DNA from: a virus | DNA length: 64,000 nucleotides | Reading direction: 5' to 3' (one strand) | IMG/VR virus record: IMGVR_UViG_3300010935_000101 | Coordinates: 29,068-93,067 of that record | In this document: in pieces, positions 48,725 to 58,656 of the stretch | Layout: the number at the start of each line of letters is the position of its first letter | How positions within the stretch are numbered: the stretch's first letter is position 1 | Notes under the pieces: generated by a model | What the model saw: the letters and a program-made list of their open reading frames with translations, nothing else | Told to the model about the DNA's origin: nothing | Database searches by the model: none | Position numbers and translations under genes: made by a program

Positions 48725-49170
48725 ACATGCATTGTATCATAACAGCTATCTTTATCGAACTTCAGTGTTTCAGCATATGCCCAATCACTTAGTGTTCTAA
48801 CCACTAGTTCCGATGCTATATGTATTATACTAACTTCATACTGTGTCTTAGCTTCAGCGTCTACTTGAGCATCAGTCCACAAAGGATTTGCAAACATTAT
48901 TGTGTTAACTATTCCTTGGTAATTTATATAGTCCCAATAAGTCTCTTTTTCTAATTGGCTCATTTTAGCTAAACACTCATTACTATCAGCATCTCTCAGC
49001 ACCATTATAAAGTGCTCTGTGAATACTACTTTAGTATTTGCACCATCCACAGTATCTTTGAATATGAACGGCTTATTATTTGATTTGAATAGATTCTTAG
49101 CCTCTTGTGTAGAAGTCGTTACAGTTGTTGTAATAGCAGCATTAAGAGGGTCAACTAACAATTTAATCAT
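48712..49170 (-). CDS. Hypothetical structural-block protein
   Basis: Start moved to ATG 49170 (AAGGAG). Confidence 0.65.
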   Translation of the reverse strand: MIKLLVDPLNAAITTTVTTSTQEAKNLFKSNNKPFIFKDTVDGANTKVVFTEHFIMVLRDADSNECLAKMSQLEKETYWDYINYQGIVNTIMFANPLWTDAQVDAEAKTQYEVSIIHIASELVVRTLSDWAYAETLKFDKDSCYDTMHVWGV

Positions 49171-49573
49171 TTGTGACTCCTTCTGTTGAACCATATGTTT
49201 CTACAAATTCATCAACTTGTGCATTATAGCTTCTAATTATATCATCAGCAGTACCTTTATGCATTCCCATTTTCTTTTCTGATATATAACTAGCAATCAA
49301 ACTTGCAGCAGCATACCCTAATTCGTGGTCTATATCCAATAAGTCTGTATCACTAGTAGGTAACTCTGGTCTTCTAACCAAGAAATTGCCTCTACCAAGT
49401 CTTTGGATAACAGCACTCTTATCTTCTGTTTGTAAATTTAGCACTTGACATTTCTCAGCTATATAGTTATATGCCATTCCAAGTAATGCTTTTATAGAGT
49501 CATCACTTTCTGGCAATGGAAAATCACTACTAAGCAAAGCTTTTGTAAGTGTCTTTAATTCAATATACATCAT
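49163..49573 (-). CDS. Head-tail adaptor-like protein (N4 gp67 position)
   Basis: Synteny downstream of terminase. Confidence 0.5.
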   Translation of the reverse strand: MMYIELKTLTKALLSSDFPLPESDDSIKALLGMAYNYIAEKCQVLNLQTEDKSAVIQRLGRGNFLVRRPELPTSDTDLLDIDHELGYAAASLIASYISEKKMGMHKGTADDIIRSYNAQVDEFVETYGSTEGVTND

Positions 49574-49631
49574 TTGACTTTCCTACTAATTAGTTTTTCT
49601 TAATTTTAACTAAAATAAACTTGCATATAGC

Positions 49632-51488
49632 TTAGTAACTATCATATGCACTAATTTCATTTGAAGTCTTTGCTTCATAGTAGTGTAATCCATCTGGAGT
49701 TGTCATTTTATTCAATGGAGCTTCATATGTTGGATAGTACACATGCATAGTCACAACCGCCTGGGTTATCAAGTCTGGACCATCATCAGATCTAGTAAAC
49801 GTACTGTGTGTAGCACCTTTTATCTGTGCAATAAATTCAACTATATCCGGAGTATTTTTGAGATGCTCTGGAAACCACATCTTTTGATTCAACAACACTT
49901 GACTAGCAATTCTGAATCTCTCATGTTTGTCGATACCAGTATTCTTACTTAACAGTCCCTTTCTTGTGCTATCTAATTGACCTTTTTGTTTAGCAAAGCT
50001 GTAGAATGTTCCTTGATCTCTCATTAGTTTTTCCAATGCATTGACATGTGCACTTTGATTACCATCTACTTCAACACCAATTTCTACATTTTTACCTCTA
50101 CGTTTCCACTTAGCAGCTTCCTCTAATGTTAAAGCATACTGAGTATCCATTCCCATTCTCCGCAAACTCAAGTTCAACAGGAACCAGTCTTCATTACTAC
50201 TTACTGCCCAAGTTGCAATACCACTAAAGTTTGATTTCTCACCACTCGTCGTTGTATAATCCGTTGTTATATACACATTATAAGCTTCTATGTTCTTCTC
50301 TATTACTTTAGTATCACAAAACTGTAAACAATTATCTGGAATTAATCTTTCACTACCACTGGTTAGTCTAAGCATACGCTCTTGCAAGAATAACTTTAAC
50401 TCTTTAGCTTTTTTAGCACGTTTTAATAAGCCAATTATAGACACCCTAGGATGCATTGCTTCCCAACTACTATGTATTGCAGTTGCTTTCAAGTTTGGAT
50501 CCTCAGCATCAAATGTTTTGGCCATTGGTATGATTATTGGTGTGAATGAACCATTAAGTATTGCTCTAGTATTAACATCACCATAGTGGAATGGTGTAAA
50601 ATACAACAGTACCCTGCCTTTTCCTCCACCTTTTAGCGCATTCACAGCATCGGAATGTAACACAGTATGTAAGTTATCACTCATTACTTTTGAGTATGCT
50701 GCAGCCGTATTTAGTATTGTGTCATCAAATAATAACGCACAGGGTCTTCTTTCACCATATCTACTACCACGAATACCAGTGTTCAATCCTTGGTATCTTA
50801 TTAGGAATGACCTATCTTTCTTTTGTACTTTACCTGTGGGGTCTTTTCTAATGAACTCACTTTCTGTCTCTGTAAATCGCATATCCTCGAAGTAATCATT
50901 CAAGTATACACTTTCTTCACACATTGCTTTTACTGCCAGTGCATTAACTCTGGCACCACCTTTACTTGATGCAGCTATTAGTAAATAAAACCACACTTTA
51001 CCAATCCCATTTGGCAACTTCCCTTTTAACGCACTGTATACGCCAAAAAATGATATACCAACTGTTGATTTTGCTAAACCACGACTCGCCATAAATCCTA
51101 ATGCATTAATATCTATCTCTATTGTCTTACATATCTCTTCACTGTATGGAAACATCATTGGATCTGTTATATAACCCAATAACATATCCACCATAAAATA
51201 GTGAGCTATTGGAGTGTCGAACTCGAAGTCTCCACCTTGTACTAATCTCATTAATATGAAGAACTCGAACGCATCCTTGCTTGGAGTGTATCTTGGGAAT
51301 GTTGGGTCATAACTATCCAATGCACCATCTAAGTCGAACTCTGCATTTTCCAGTAGCTCTACAGCTTCTACAGCAGCTTGTCTCTTAGCTGCTTCATCAA
51401 CGACATTCCTTACCATGTCCTCACCGTAGAGTTCAATCAGCTCAGCAAGCTCTTCTCGTTTCTGTTCTTCAGTTAGTTCAATCTTCAT
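49632..51488 (-). CDS. terL: Terminase large subunit (N4 gp68-like)
   Basis: Y.PS..AFEF, ASRGLAKST, GIRG.RYGE.RP...LFDD, YITTDY, DDGPD. Confidence 0.9.
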   Translation of the reverse strand: MKIELTEEQKREELAELIELYGEDMVRNVVDEAAKRQAAVEAVELLENAEFDLDGALDSYDPTFPRYTPSKDAFEFFILMRLVQGGDFEFDTPIAHYFMVDMLLGYITDPMMFPYSEEICKTIEIDINALGFMASRGLAKSTVGISFFGVYSALKGKLPNGIGKVWFYLLIAASSKGGARVNALAVKAMCEESVYLNDYFEDMRFTETESEFIRKDPTGKVQKKDRSFLIRYQGLNTGIRGSRYGERRPCALLFDDTILNTAAAYSKVMSDNLHTVLHSDAVNALKGGGKGRVLLYFTPFHYGDVNTRAILNGSFTPIIIPMAKTFDAEDPNLKATAIHSSWEAMHPRVSIIGLLKRAKKAKELKLFLQERMLRLTSGSERLIPDNCLQFCDTKVIEKNIEAYNVYITTDYTTTSGEKSNFSGIATWAVSSNEDWFLLNLSLRRMGMDTQYALTLEEAAKWKRRGKNVEIGVEVDGNQSAHVNALEKLMRDQGTFYSFAKQKGQLDSTRKGLLSKNTGIDKHERFRIASQVLLNQKMWFPEHLKNTPDIVEFIAQIKGATHSTFTRSDDGPDLITQAVVTMHVYYPTYEAPLNKMTTPDGLHYYEAKTSNEISAYDSY

Positions 51489-52251
51489 CGTCCACTACCT
51501 CAGCATCAGTAACTATACCGATTTTTTGTATCTTTCTAATATCCCCACCATTTGCCATCTGTTTTACCATAATAGCAGCCATATTTTCAACTTGATCTGC
51601 CAAATTTTGTTGAGCATTCTTAGTTTCTGTATCTAACCCATGTGTTAAACTAATCGACATAGTCTCTGGGACTTTTACTATCTCTCTTAGCGCTATTATA
51701 GCATTCAGCTGTACAGTGGCACTGGCAGGACCATCTGCAGCTTGGCCATTTGACAATTGCAATAATTTTTCAACTATCTGGTGATTCAATGGAGCGTAGG
51801 TTATTGAATCTGCAATTTGTATATTCTCCATCACCGTTCTTGGAATTTTTGTTCCTGCATATTGACTAGCGAATGAACTTGGATCACCATTTCTCTCAAG
51901 AATCTCCTGAGCTTTTTCTGGGAATGTGACCATCCATGCTTTTGTTTGGGTCATTTTCGGGGTTAAACTCAATGTAACAAACTGAATACCCTTCAGTAGT
52001 TGCTTCATACCAACCCCAGGTCCTAATAGATGCAGATGACTCATTAACCTTTCTTCCATAAGTCCCCTGTGTACTGAGGATTCATCAATTAATCTATTCA
52101 CCAGTTCCACAGTTTGTTCAGTTACTTTTACCCTACTGCCCTTTGGGAGGAAATATTTTAACTTCTCAGTAGTTATCTTTTGCTCATCCATAGCCAGGTC
52201 CTCCCAATCTTGTGGAGCTGGTAAGTTTTTCATCTCATCTTTTAGTCCCAT
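51478..52251 (-). CDS. N4 gp69-like protein (possible terminase small subunit)
   Basis: Overlaps terL start; Q.KAW..TFP motif; synteny. Confidence 0.6.
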   Translation of the reverse strand: MGLKDEMKNLPAPQDWEDLAMDEQKITTEKLKYFLPKGSRVKVTEQTVELVNRLIDESSVHRGLMEERLMSHLHLLGPGVGMKQLLKGIQFVTLSLTPKMTQTKAWMVTFPEKAQEILERNGDPSSFASQYAGTKIPRTVMENIQIADSITYAPLNHQIVEKLLQLSNGQAADGPASATVQLNAIIALREIVKVPETMSISLTHGLDTETKNAQQNLADQVENMAAIMVKQMANGGDIRKIQKIGIVTDAEVVDDED

Positions 52252-52254
52252 TGA

Positions 52255-52389
52255 TTAATCCTCTTTACTATCTAATATATAATCTAAAGTATCCCTTATA
52301 CTATCTAACTCATCTGTTGTTAGTTCTATCCCCAGAGTTTCCAGGTCTGCCTCTATTTTTTCTAGTAGTTTATCAACTATCTCTGTCAT
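52255..52389 (-). CDS. 44-aa acidic protein (not in track)
   Basis: MTEIVDKLLEKIEADLETLGIELTTDELDSIRDTLDYILDSKED; fills gap. Confidence 0.5.
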   Translation of the reverse strand: MTEIVDKLLEKIEADLETLGIELTTDELDSIRDTLDYILDSKED

Positions 52390-52390
52390 G

Positions 52391-53785
52391 TCATCTCTTT
52401 TCCATAAATAATTTTTCAGCAAATTCTGCCATTTTTCCTCTTACAACTTTCTTTAATTCAATTGCAAATATGCTCACACTTGTACCAAGTGACTGGTCTC
52501 TAGCCTCACCCATTAGTACAGCAAGGCCATTATTGTACTTACTTGTATACTTATTATCTATCTGTGCTTGACTACCAGTAATTATTATCTTACAGTCTTT
52601 ACCAACTCTTGTCAAGGTCTTTTGGGAAGTTGCTTGACTAGCATTTTGCCACTCATCCAGAATAACTATAGTGTTGTGGAATGTTTTACCCCTAAGTCCT
52701 GTAGTAATTCTAGACTGCATATTGCATTTTTCTTTTAGGTCTAGTATCTCTTCCGCAACTCTAGCTTCGAACTCTTGTTGTTTCTCACTTGGTTTTTGTT
52801 TGATTTTTTGACGAACTAGGAAATCTAGTGTATCTTCCATGGGTCCTAGATACATAGCCAATTTTTCATCATTGCCCGCAAGGTACCCAATATCTTCACC
52901 AGGCTCCTCATCATTCTGTGGAGTTCTTATATACATAATTGCTTTATATTTATCTCTATTAGTTTTTAGTAATTTAATAGCATTGCTGAGTGCTACTATA
53001 TTTTTACCACTACCAGCCTGTCCTTCCATAATCACCAAGTCTACAAACGGATCTAGTATTGCTCGACTGGCCAATAATTGTTCACTATTTACAGGAGGGC
53101 AGTCCTGTCGTCTAATCGCTTTTTCAGTTTCCTTGCCAAGTACTTTTATAAACCCATTAGTCACAGTTGCTAGTTTAACTTGTTCTGTGTCCAATTGGAT
53201 AAACTTATAACTATAATTCTCTGGTTTGTAGTCTTTATCAACTTTAAAAATATCCTCATCGTGTAAAGTCTTGAACACATCTGGGTCTGTAACTACAAAT
53301 TCCTTTGTAAATTTGAATTCAGTATCATCAACCAACTTCAAGTCTATTGCAGTTAACCCAATAGCCAGCCCACGAATTCTAGCGAGCACATCGTTAGTCA
53401 TGAATGTTGTGTTACCATACAACTCCTGCATTCTTTGGGCCACTTGGATTATTTTTTGATCATTTGCTCCTGAATCATTAGGGTCAATATTGACATATTC
53501 ATCCAATGTTACAATTTCTAATGTCACATTTTCACCCTTGTGGTACATTGTTGTGATTGTGATACCATCAATATTAGTGGTATTTACCAAGTTGCACATT
53601 GACAATATCCTGCCCATCTGACGAGCTTGGTATGCTAACTCACCGTAGCCTGATTTCTTATTATCTACTTCTTTTATAGTAGTCTCTGGAAGCACTATAA
53701 TATTTTCTTTTCCTAATGTGAATAAATTTGTAGAATCTAATAGCACTATATTAGAATCTAACACTAATCTTGGTTTAGTTTTCAT
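52391..53785 (-). CDS. phoH: PIN-PhoH protein
   Basis: PIN LDSN...ETTIKEVD; GQAGSGK; LRGKT...ILDEWQN...TRVG...TGS..QID. Confidence 0.9.
   Translation of the reverse strand: MKTKPRLVLDSNIVLLDSTNLFTLGKENIIVLPETTIKEVDNKKSGYGELAYQARQMGRILSMCNLVNTTNIDGITITTMYHKGENVTLEIVTLDEYVNIDPNDSGANDQKIIQVAQRMQELYGNTTFMTNDVLARIRGLAIGLTAIDLKLVDDTEFKFTKEFVVTDPDVFKTLHDEDIFKVDKDYKPENYSYKFIQLDTEQVKLATVTNGFIKVLGKETEKAIRRQDCPPVNSEQLLASRAILDPFVDLVIMEGQAGSGKNIVALSNAIKLLKTNRDKYKAIMYIRTPQNDEEPGEDIGYLAGNDEKLAMYLGPMEDTLDFLVRQKIKQKPSEKQQEFEARVAEEILDLKEKCNMQSRITTGLRGKTFHNTIVILDEWQNASQATSQKTLTRVGKDCKIIITGSQAQIDNKYTSKYNNGLAVLMGEARDQSLGTSVSIFAIELKKVVRGKMAEFAEKLFMEKR
53660..53677 (-). repeat. 18-bp direct repeat, copy 1 (ATAAAAGAAGTAGATAAT on minus strand)
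   Basis: Identical to 54748-54765. Confidence 0.9.
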
Positions 53786-54684
53786 TTTAATCCTTCTGGG
53801 AGCACATTTATAATAAACATTTCTGAATTACCTGCATACAAAATAGAGGGGCCATCATATTTATTTATTATATTGCTCTTTATTATTCTTTGTTCATGTT
53901 TCCATGCCGAGTACCCATCAGGATACACCTTTTGTGCAAGCACTGTATAATTAACTTTATTTCCTGCGAATCTTTTTTCTATGCTCCTATTAGTAATTCC
54001 TATTTTATATATATCATAATCAGGAAAATAAACATAATATAGTATAGTCTCTTTTAATGGGTTAAACTGCCAAGCTTTTAATTTTTCAGCACAACTAGGA
54101 CAATTTGATCCTGACAAATGATCTCTAGGAATTTGCCAAAATGGTCCGTGTTCTGCACAAATTATCAGTATTGGTTCTTTCATCTTTGTATATACAGCAT
54201 CACAATAATTATATTTATTTCCATGTACTAATAAAGCCCTTTTAGTAAATTCTTCAGTATTCAGTGTATTCTTTAGTCCTCTAGTAATATCAGAACACCT
54301 AGGACATCCGTGACCACTTAAGTGTCCTGCTGGGGATTGTTGAAAGGCCCCATGTTCCGGGCAAGTAATTGTCAATGGAGTATGTCCATTTTTGTACTCG
54401 GCATTTGAATAAGTGTACTTCATATTATGTACATCGTTAGCTTGTTCTATGAATGTTTTAATTGATTTTCTAGTTTTGGAATAAGCAGCACTTTTACCAC
54501 ACTCCTTACATCCTTTCCCTGCCACATGTTCACTAGGCTTTTGCCAAAATACTCCATGAACCTTACACATTATCTTAACTTTAGTTGAAGCATTCACATA
54601 ATCCACCTCATTGTAGGTATACTTATTTTTATGTTCATCAATTGCTTTTTTTATAAATTCTTCTTTAGTTTGTTTTCTTGGCAT
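53782..54684 (-). mobile_element. Free-standing homing endonuclease (three DUF723-like repeats + GIY-YIG-like domain)
   Basis: IxCxxHGxFxQxPxxHxxGxxCxxC x3; LYYV...YKIGITN. Confidence 0.82.
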
Positions 54685-54738
54685 CTACCACCCTTTTTAC
54701 TTTATTTCATAGTTAGTATACTTTAATTATTATTAATT

Positions 54739-54864
54739 TTACCTTAAATTATCTACTTCTTTTATCACTGTTTCGGCAAGTACGATTACTCTATCTTTGC
54801 CTAATGTCAACATATTTTGCGCATCCAATAGGATTATATTACTATCTATTACTAATCTTTTCAT
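54739..54864 (-). pseudogene. Truncated 41-aa copy of the PhoH N-terminus
   Basis: MKRLVIDSNIILLDAQNMLTLGKDRVIVLAETVIKEVDNLR vs MKTKPRLVLDSNIVLLDSTNLFTLGKENIIVLPETTIKEVDNKK; ATGA-coupled to upstream gene. Confidence 0.85.
54748..54765 (-). repeat. 18-bp direct repeat, copy 2
   Basis: Identical to 53660-53677. Confidence 0.9.
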
Positions 54865-55436
54865 TTAGCAGCCTTCATTTTATTAAATCTTTCTATTACT
54901 TCATTTGAATTCAACCAAATGTCTTTTCCATCAATTACTCGTTTAATTTCATTTACTGTGAGGAAATCCTTATGAATTGCTTTAAACATTTTAGGGATTT
55001 CGACTTTGTCAAACTTATGTTTGGCATCTATCTCGTTCCCCTTACCGATATTTCCACCACTGTAATAATGTGTCAACCAACTTGTATGTGGAGCGACCTC
55101 AATCTTATCACATGCCAGTGTTATCATTGTTGCAGCACTTGCCACAATCCCACTTAATACTGCTGTGACTGTTGCGTTTGACTTATTTATACTTTCACGA
55201 ATTGTTAGCATACTATGCATCAACCCGCCACCATTGTTTATAATTAGTCGTACTTCATCCGCTTGGGTATGTTCTAGTGTATAGCACAACTCATTGTATT
55301 CTTCGGTTTCATACACTTCACTCATTAAGTAAGCAGTAACTATCGTACCTCTACTTACTATGGGAACTAATTTGTCCCATTCACTAATGATGTCCTCTTT
55401 TTCTTCCTTAAACAATAGTTCTAACTCCATAGTCAT
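54861..55436 (-). CDS. ClpP-like protease
   Basis: IINNGGG, GIVASAA (Ser), WLTH (His). Confidence 0.75.
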   Translation of the reverse strand: MTMELELLFKEEKEDIISEWDKLVPIVSRGTIVTAYLMSEVYETEEYNELCYTLEHTQADEVRLIINNGGGLMHSMLTIRESINKSNATVTAVLSGIVASAATMITLACDKIEVAPHTSWLTHYYSGGNIGKGNEIDAKHKFDKVEIPKMFKAIHKDFLTVNEIKRVIDGKDIWLNSNEVIERFNKMKAAK

Positions 55437-55482
55437 CCTTTTTTAGTTTGTTGACTACATTTTATCGAGTATTGCCTTAATT

Positions 55483-55875
55483 CTATATCAATTTGGCCAT
55501 GAAATTTTGATAAACAAATACTTTTTTTGCTCCTGGCAACTGTATTTTACCATTATACTTATATTTTTGGAGTAATAAGTACATCGCATCGGCTCTAACC
55601 TGGCCCAAGTAGGACTCTTCAGACGATTCCCCCACTATAGAGGTAATACCAACATCAGCCCATAACCTATCAATGGCTTCTTGACCATCTATTATTGACT
55701 TTACTGCTGCTATTAGTACTAACCCAGTTTGCACACCAGCCTTTAGTAGGTGGTAGAACACTACTGTGGTTTCAATTTCACTATATCTATCAGGCTCTAA
55801 CACTTCTATGGCCATTTGTTCCATTTCACTATCACTGAAGGCCCAGTCAGGAAGTCTATCTTCTCTTTCTATCAT
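55483..55875 (-). CDS. Hypothetical protein
   Basis: 130-aa ORF, ATGA overlap. Confidence 0.6.
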   Translation of the reverse strand: MIEREDRLPDWAFSDSEMEQMAIEVLEPDRYSEIETTVVFYHLLKAGVQTGLVLIAAVKSIIDGQEAIDRLWADVGITSIVGESSEESYLGQVRADAMYLLLQKYKYNGKIQLPGAKKVFVYQNFMAKLI

Positions 55876-56264
55876 AAACTCACCTCGAATTTCTTTGTGG
55901 GTGCAAAGCCTTCAGCAATACACCTGTCATATATGTCTAGCAACTCACTCTCTGGCATGCTCCTCAACTCTGATTCTCCAGCCCACTCACAGAACCCCAA
56001 ACTGCACCTTTGCTTTTGGGTTTTACTCAGCACAGCCGCCTCTATTTTGTAGTTATCTTTAGTTTGCTTTTGTCTGAGCAACTCTATCTTTGGTATGAAC
56101 CCAAGGACACCCAGTAACTCACCAGCAATTTCTAATATTCTGGTCTTCACCAACCTATTAGTTGTCCCCACTTTCAGTACTACGCCATTAGGAGCATGAA
56201 TCTTTGCTATGTACACAAACCCGTCGTATTTTATTTTCGGCTTGGACCACTTGTTTTGGGTCAT
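55872..56264 (-). CDS. GIY-YIG-like (T5orf172-type) nuclease domain protein
   Basis: FVYIA...LKVGTT.R...R...E......G.SEL. Confidence 0.55.
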   Translation of the reverse strand: MTQNKWSKPKIKYDGFVYIAKIHAPNGVVLKVGTTNRLVKTRILEIAGELLGVLGFIPKIELLRQKQTKDNYKIEAAVLSKTQKQRCSLGFCEWAGESELRSMPESELLDIYDRCIAEGFAPTKKFEVSL

Positions 56265-56542
56265 TGCATTTGTACCTTATCGTCGCCTAACGGCTCCTCA
56301 ACAGCAACTACCTGCTCTACTCCAGATTCAACTAGCCATCGCCCGTACATTTCCCAGCTGGCTCCTGACCAACACCTCTTTAATTCCTTAGCAATTGTAT
56401 TTTCCTTACGTGCATTTCCAAGCTTTGCCTCTTCAGCCACTATGTATCTAGCAGCTGCTCTAGCACTTGGGAACATTATAAGGTTCACCTCTATTGGTAT
56501 TGGTTTCATTTGTTTCTTCCTATCTGACTTATGAATTGACAT
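56261..56542 (-). CDS. NUMOD1-like DNA-binding protein
   Basis: PIEVN..MFPSARAAAR motif. Confidence 0.45.
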   Translation of the reverse strand: MSIHKSDRKKQMKPIPIEVNLIMFPSARAAARYIVAEEAKLGNARKENTIAKELKRCWSGASWEMYGRWLVESGVEQVVAVEEPLGDDKVQMQ

Positions 56543-56582
56543 CTTTGTAGTATGTCTGTAATATCTAACTTTTTGTTTGATT

Positions 56583-56912
56583 TTATATGAATTCTACTAG
56601 TGTCTTACCAGTCTGTTCACCTACGGGTGTTAGTATTCTGATCCCAAGGAATTTATCCTCAGATTCAGCTATTCTTTGTTTGTATCCTGCTGAATAGTAT
56701 CCTGCATTCTCCAATTCTCTGTTATTTCGGAATCTATGAAATGTTTGGTAGTTCAGCACTAAAGCCACTGGCAAACGACCATGGAGGTCTGTGTATTTAT
56801 CTAGCATGTGTTCAATCTCATGTACAAGTAAGTGTACTTCTGTAACTTCCTTTGCCCATTCTGGTCTATTAAATATATCACGCATAGTCACTTTACTTAA
56901 CATTTGCTTCAC
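56583..56912 (-). CDS. Hypothetical protein
   Basis: AAGGTG RBS, 109 aa. Confidence 0.6.
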   Translation of the reverse strand: MKQMLSKVTMRDIFNRPEWAKEVTEVHLLVHEIEHMLDKYTDLHGRLPVALVLNYQTFHRFRNNRELENAGYYSAGYKQRIAESEDKFLGIRILTPVGEQTGKTLVEFI

Positions 56913-56957
56913 CTTTATTGAATTTTAGTACTTCTACTTTTGTACCTTCTGGCACCA

Positions 56958-57164
56958 TTATAACAGCACCATTATAACAGCACAATTATATGCCTCAGTT
57001 AAGTCCTCCACAACGGAAATCATGAGTTTTATGTACCGTCTGTATGTTGCCGCATTAGTATAACTCTCAGAATTTTTAACATGCACTAATATAGTATCTT
57101 CAGCTGCTATGCTTTTTATAACAGTGCCATTTAGCACCAATTGGACGGGTTCTTTAGTTTCCAT
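56958..57164 (-). CDS. Hypothetical protein
   Basis: AAGGAG RBS. Confidence 0.55.
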   Translation of the reverse strand: METKEPVQLVLNGTVIKSIAAEDTILVHVKNSESYTNAATYRRYIKLMISVVEDLTEAYNCAVIMVLL

Positions 57165-57315
57165 TTGTGGACTCCTTTAATAAGTTTTTTGGTTTTTGTA
57201 TATTGAGTATAATGACCTCACCGTTTTCATATTTATTGTATTGCCACACAGGTACTTGAATAGTTACTGTGAGGGTTTTGTATTCTATAGGAATATTATT
57301 AGTAAATGCTTCCAT
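57154..57315 (-). CDS. 53-aa hypothetical protein (not in track)
   Basis: AAGGAG RBS; MEAFTNNIPIEYKTLTVTIQVPVWQYNKYENGEVIILNIQKPKNLLKESTNGN. Confidence 0.5.
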   Translation of the reverse strand: MEAFTNNIPIEYKTLTVTIQVPVWQYNKYENGEVIILNIQKPKNLLKESTNGN

Positions 57316-57532
57316 ATGTAACTCCTTTTTAATATTAATAAGTATACTACTTAACCCCTTAAGTATACCTTAGGTATGAGGGGAATAATTATAGAAGTGC
57401 AAATCTATATAATATGAGGGGATAGCTTATTACTTATTTTTCGCTCGGGTATGTTTGCAGTACACACCTTAACACGCCTTCGAAGACAAACTGCCCCCCC
57501 ATAGCCAGACCTAGTAACGTCCCTTGATTTCT

Positions 57533-57550
57533 ACAGCTAACGCTGTTTTA
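57533..57550 (+). promoter_or_regulatory. Candidate vRNAP hairpin promoter
   Basis: ACAGC-TAAC-GCTGT-TTTA. Confidence 0.55.
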
Positions 57551-57579
57551 TTAGTACTAGATTACTATAGGAGGTTATT

Positions 57580-57630
57580 ATGACTGAAGAGCAGTACGAC
57601 GCATACTTGGAGTCAATCAACAAGCATTAG
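57580..57630 (+). CDS. 16-aa early peptide MTEEQYDAYLESINKH
   Basis: Strong AGGAGG RBS. Confidence 0.5.
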   Translation: MTEEQYDAYLESINKH

Positions 57631-57648
57631 AGCCTAACGGCTCTTTTA
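57630..57648 (+). promoter_or_regulatory. Candidate vRNAP hairpin promoter (or terminator)
   Basis: GAGCC-TAAC-GGCTC-TTTTA. Confidence 0.55.
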
Positions 57649-57712
57649 CTTATATTACAGTTGCCTTACATTAGTAGGGCTTATCCAATCATATATCTGT
57701 AGGAGGATTAAT

Positions 57713-57991
57713 ATGTTAGTAGCAATAGACCGCAATTCAAGAGAGTATATTCAAAAGAACCCAGTTCGTTCTAGTATAGGTGCAGTAGGCTTTGGTGTAT
57801 GCCAATCAGTTAACTTAGCAGTAGATATAGTAGATGTTAGTAGGGATGTAGTTAAGTTGGCTAAGCTATCTATACAAACATCAGTCATTGAAGCTGAAGA
57901 AGAAGCATTAACTGCTCAACTAGAATCAGCAGACAGATTAGCAACTCTAAAAGCTCAGTTAGCTAAGAAGCAAGCTGAGTTAGCTAAGTAG
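57713..57991 (+). CDS. Early protein
   Basis: AGGAGG RBS; coiled-coil C-terminus. Confidence 0.75.
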   Translation: MLVAIDRNSREYIQKNPVRSSIGAVGFGVCQSVNLAVDIVDVSRDVVKLAKLSIQTSVIEAEEEALTAQLESADRLATLKAQLAKKQAELAK

Positions 57992-57996
57992 TATTA

Positions 57997-58015
57997 GGGC
58001 TTAACAGCCCTTTTA
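57997..58015 (+). promoter_or_regulatory. Candidate vRNAP hairpin promoter (or terminator)
   Basis: GGGCT-TAAC-AGCCC-TTTTA. Confidence 0.55.
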
Positions 58016-58072
58016 CTTATATCAGGTGCTAGTAATAGCTTATCAATTATTAATCCATAGGAGGATATTATA

Positions 58073-58393
58073 ATGGCAAAGTTAAATTTAAAAGACAATC
58101 AAGTAAATGAAGTATTAGGCAAGTTGACTCCAGCTTGGCAAGGCTGTGTTAGTGTAGATACGCTAGCTAAAGCACAAGTACCAAAGTCATCTAGCCGTAA
58201 TTGGCTATTTGGAACTTTAATGAACAAGAAATTCATTAAGCTATCAAGAGCTTGTAATGGTTTTAAGAAAGGAGAAGTTGTATCATTGGTTGATATATAT
58301 GACTCAGACTCAGCATCTAATCTTGCTAGTCTAATGATATATAGACTTGGTCATAGCGGTCTTAGCAAGACCCCACAAATAGTGGAGGCCTAA
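58073..58393 (+). CDS. Early protein
   Basis: AGGAGG RBS. Confidence 0.75.
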   Translation: MAKLNLKDNQVNEVLGKLTPAWQGCVSVDTLAKAQVPKSSSRNWLFGTLMNKKFIKLSRACNGFKKGEVVSLVDIYDSDSASNLASLMIYRLGHSGLSKTPQIVEA

Positions 58394-58395
58394 CA

Positions 58396-58572
58396 ATGGC
58401 TTCCTACTACAAAGTTTGGCAATCATCCGGAGATATTGAGGAAACTCAGTATCGTCCGGAGGATCTTGAAGATGAAGAGTATATGTGGGAGTTTCAATAC
58501 TGCGAATGGTATGAAACTTTAGTAGAGGCTATCAATGCCTCTATTGATACAAAACTAGCTCTAAAGGATTAA
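58396..58572 (+). CDS. 58-aa acidic early protein (not in track)
   Basis: GGAGG RBS; about 15 D/E. Confidence 0.6.
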   Translation: MASYYKVWQSSGDIEETQYRPEDLEDEEYMWEFQYCEWYETLVEAINASIDTKLALKD

Positions 58573-58656
58573 TATGTATTATAAATTCAAGCGTTTATAT
58601 GTTGTATATTCAACTGCATTATATATGCGGTTCAAAATACTTGCGTATAAAATATT

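Noticed and set aside
53782-54864. Group I intron interrupting phoH
   Set aside because: The downstream phoH has a complete N-terminus of its own, so splicing is unnecessary. No intron core is visible and there is little non-coding space.
56285-56294. GCC-TAAC-GGC hairpin matching the early promoter loop
   Set aside because: Only a 3-bp stem, inside a minus-strand CDS, with no T-run
16519-57164. Numerous plus-strand ORFs in the track (e.g. 26131-26952, 48060-48506)
   Set aside because: Antisense shadows of long minus-strand genes, with no RBS and biased composition
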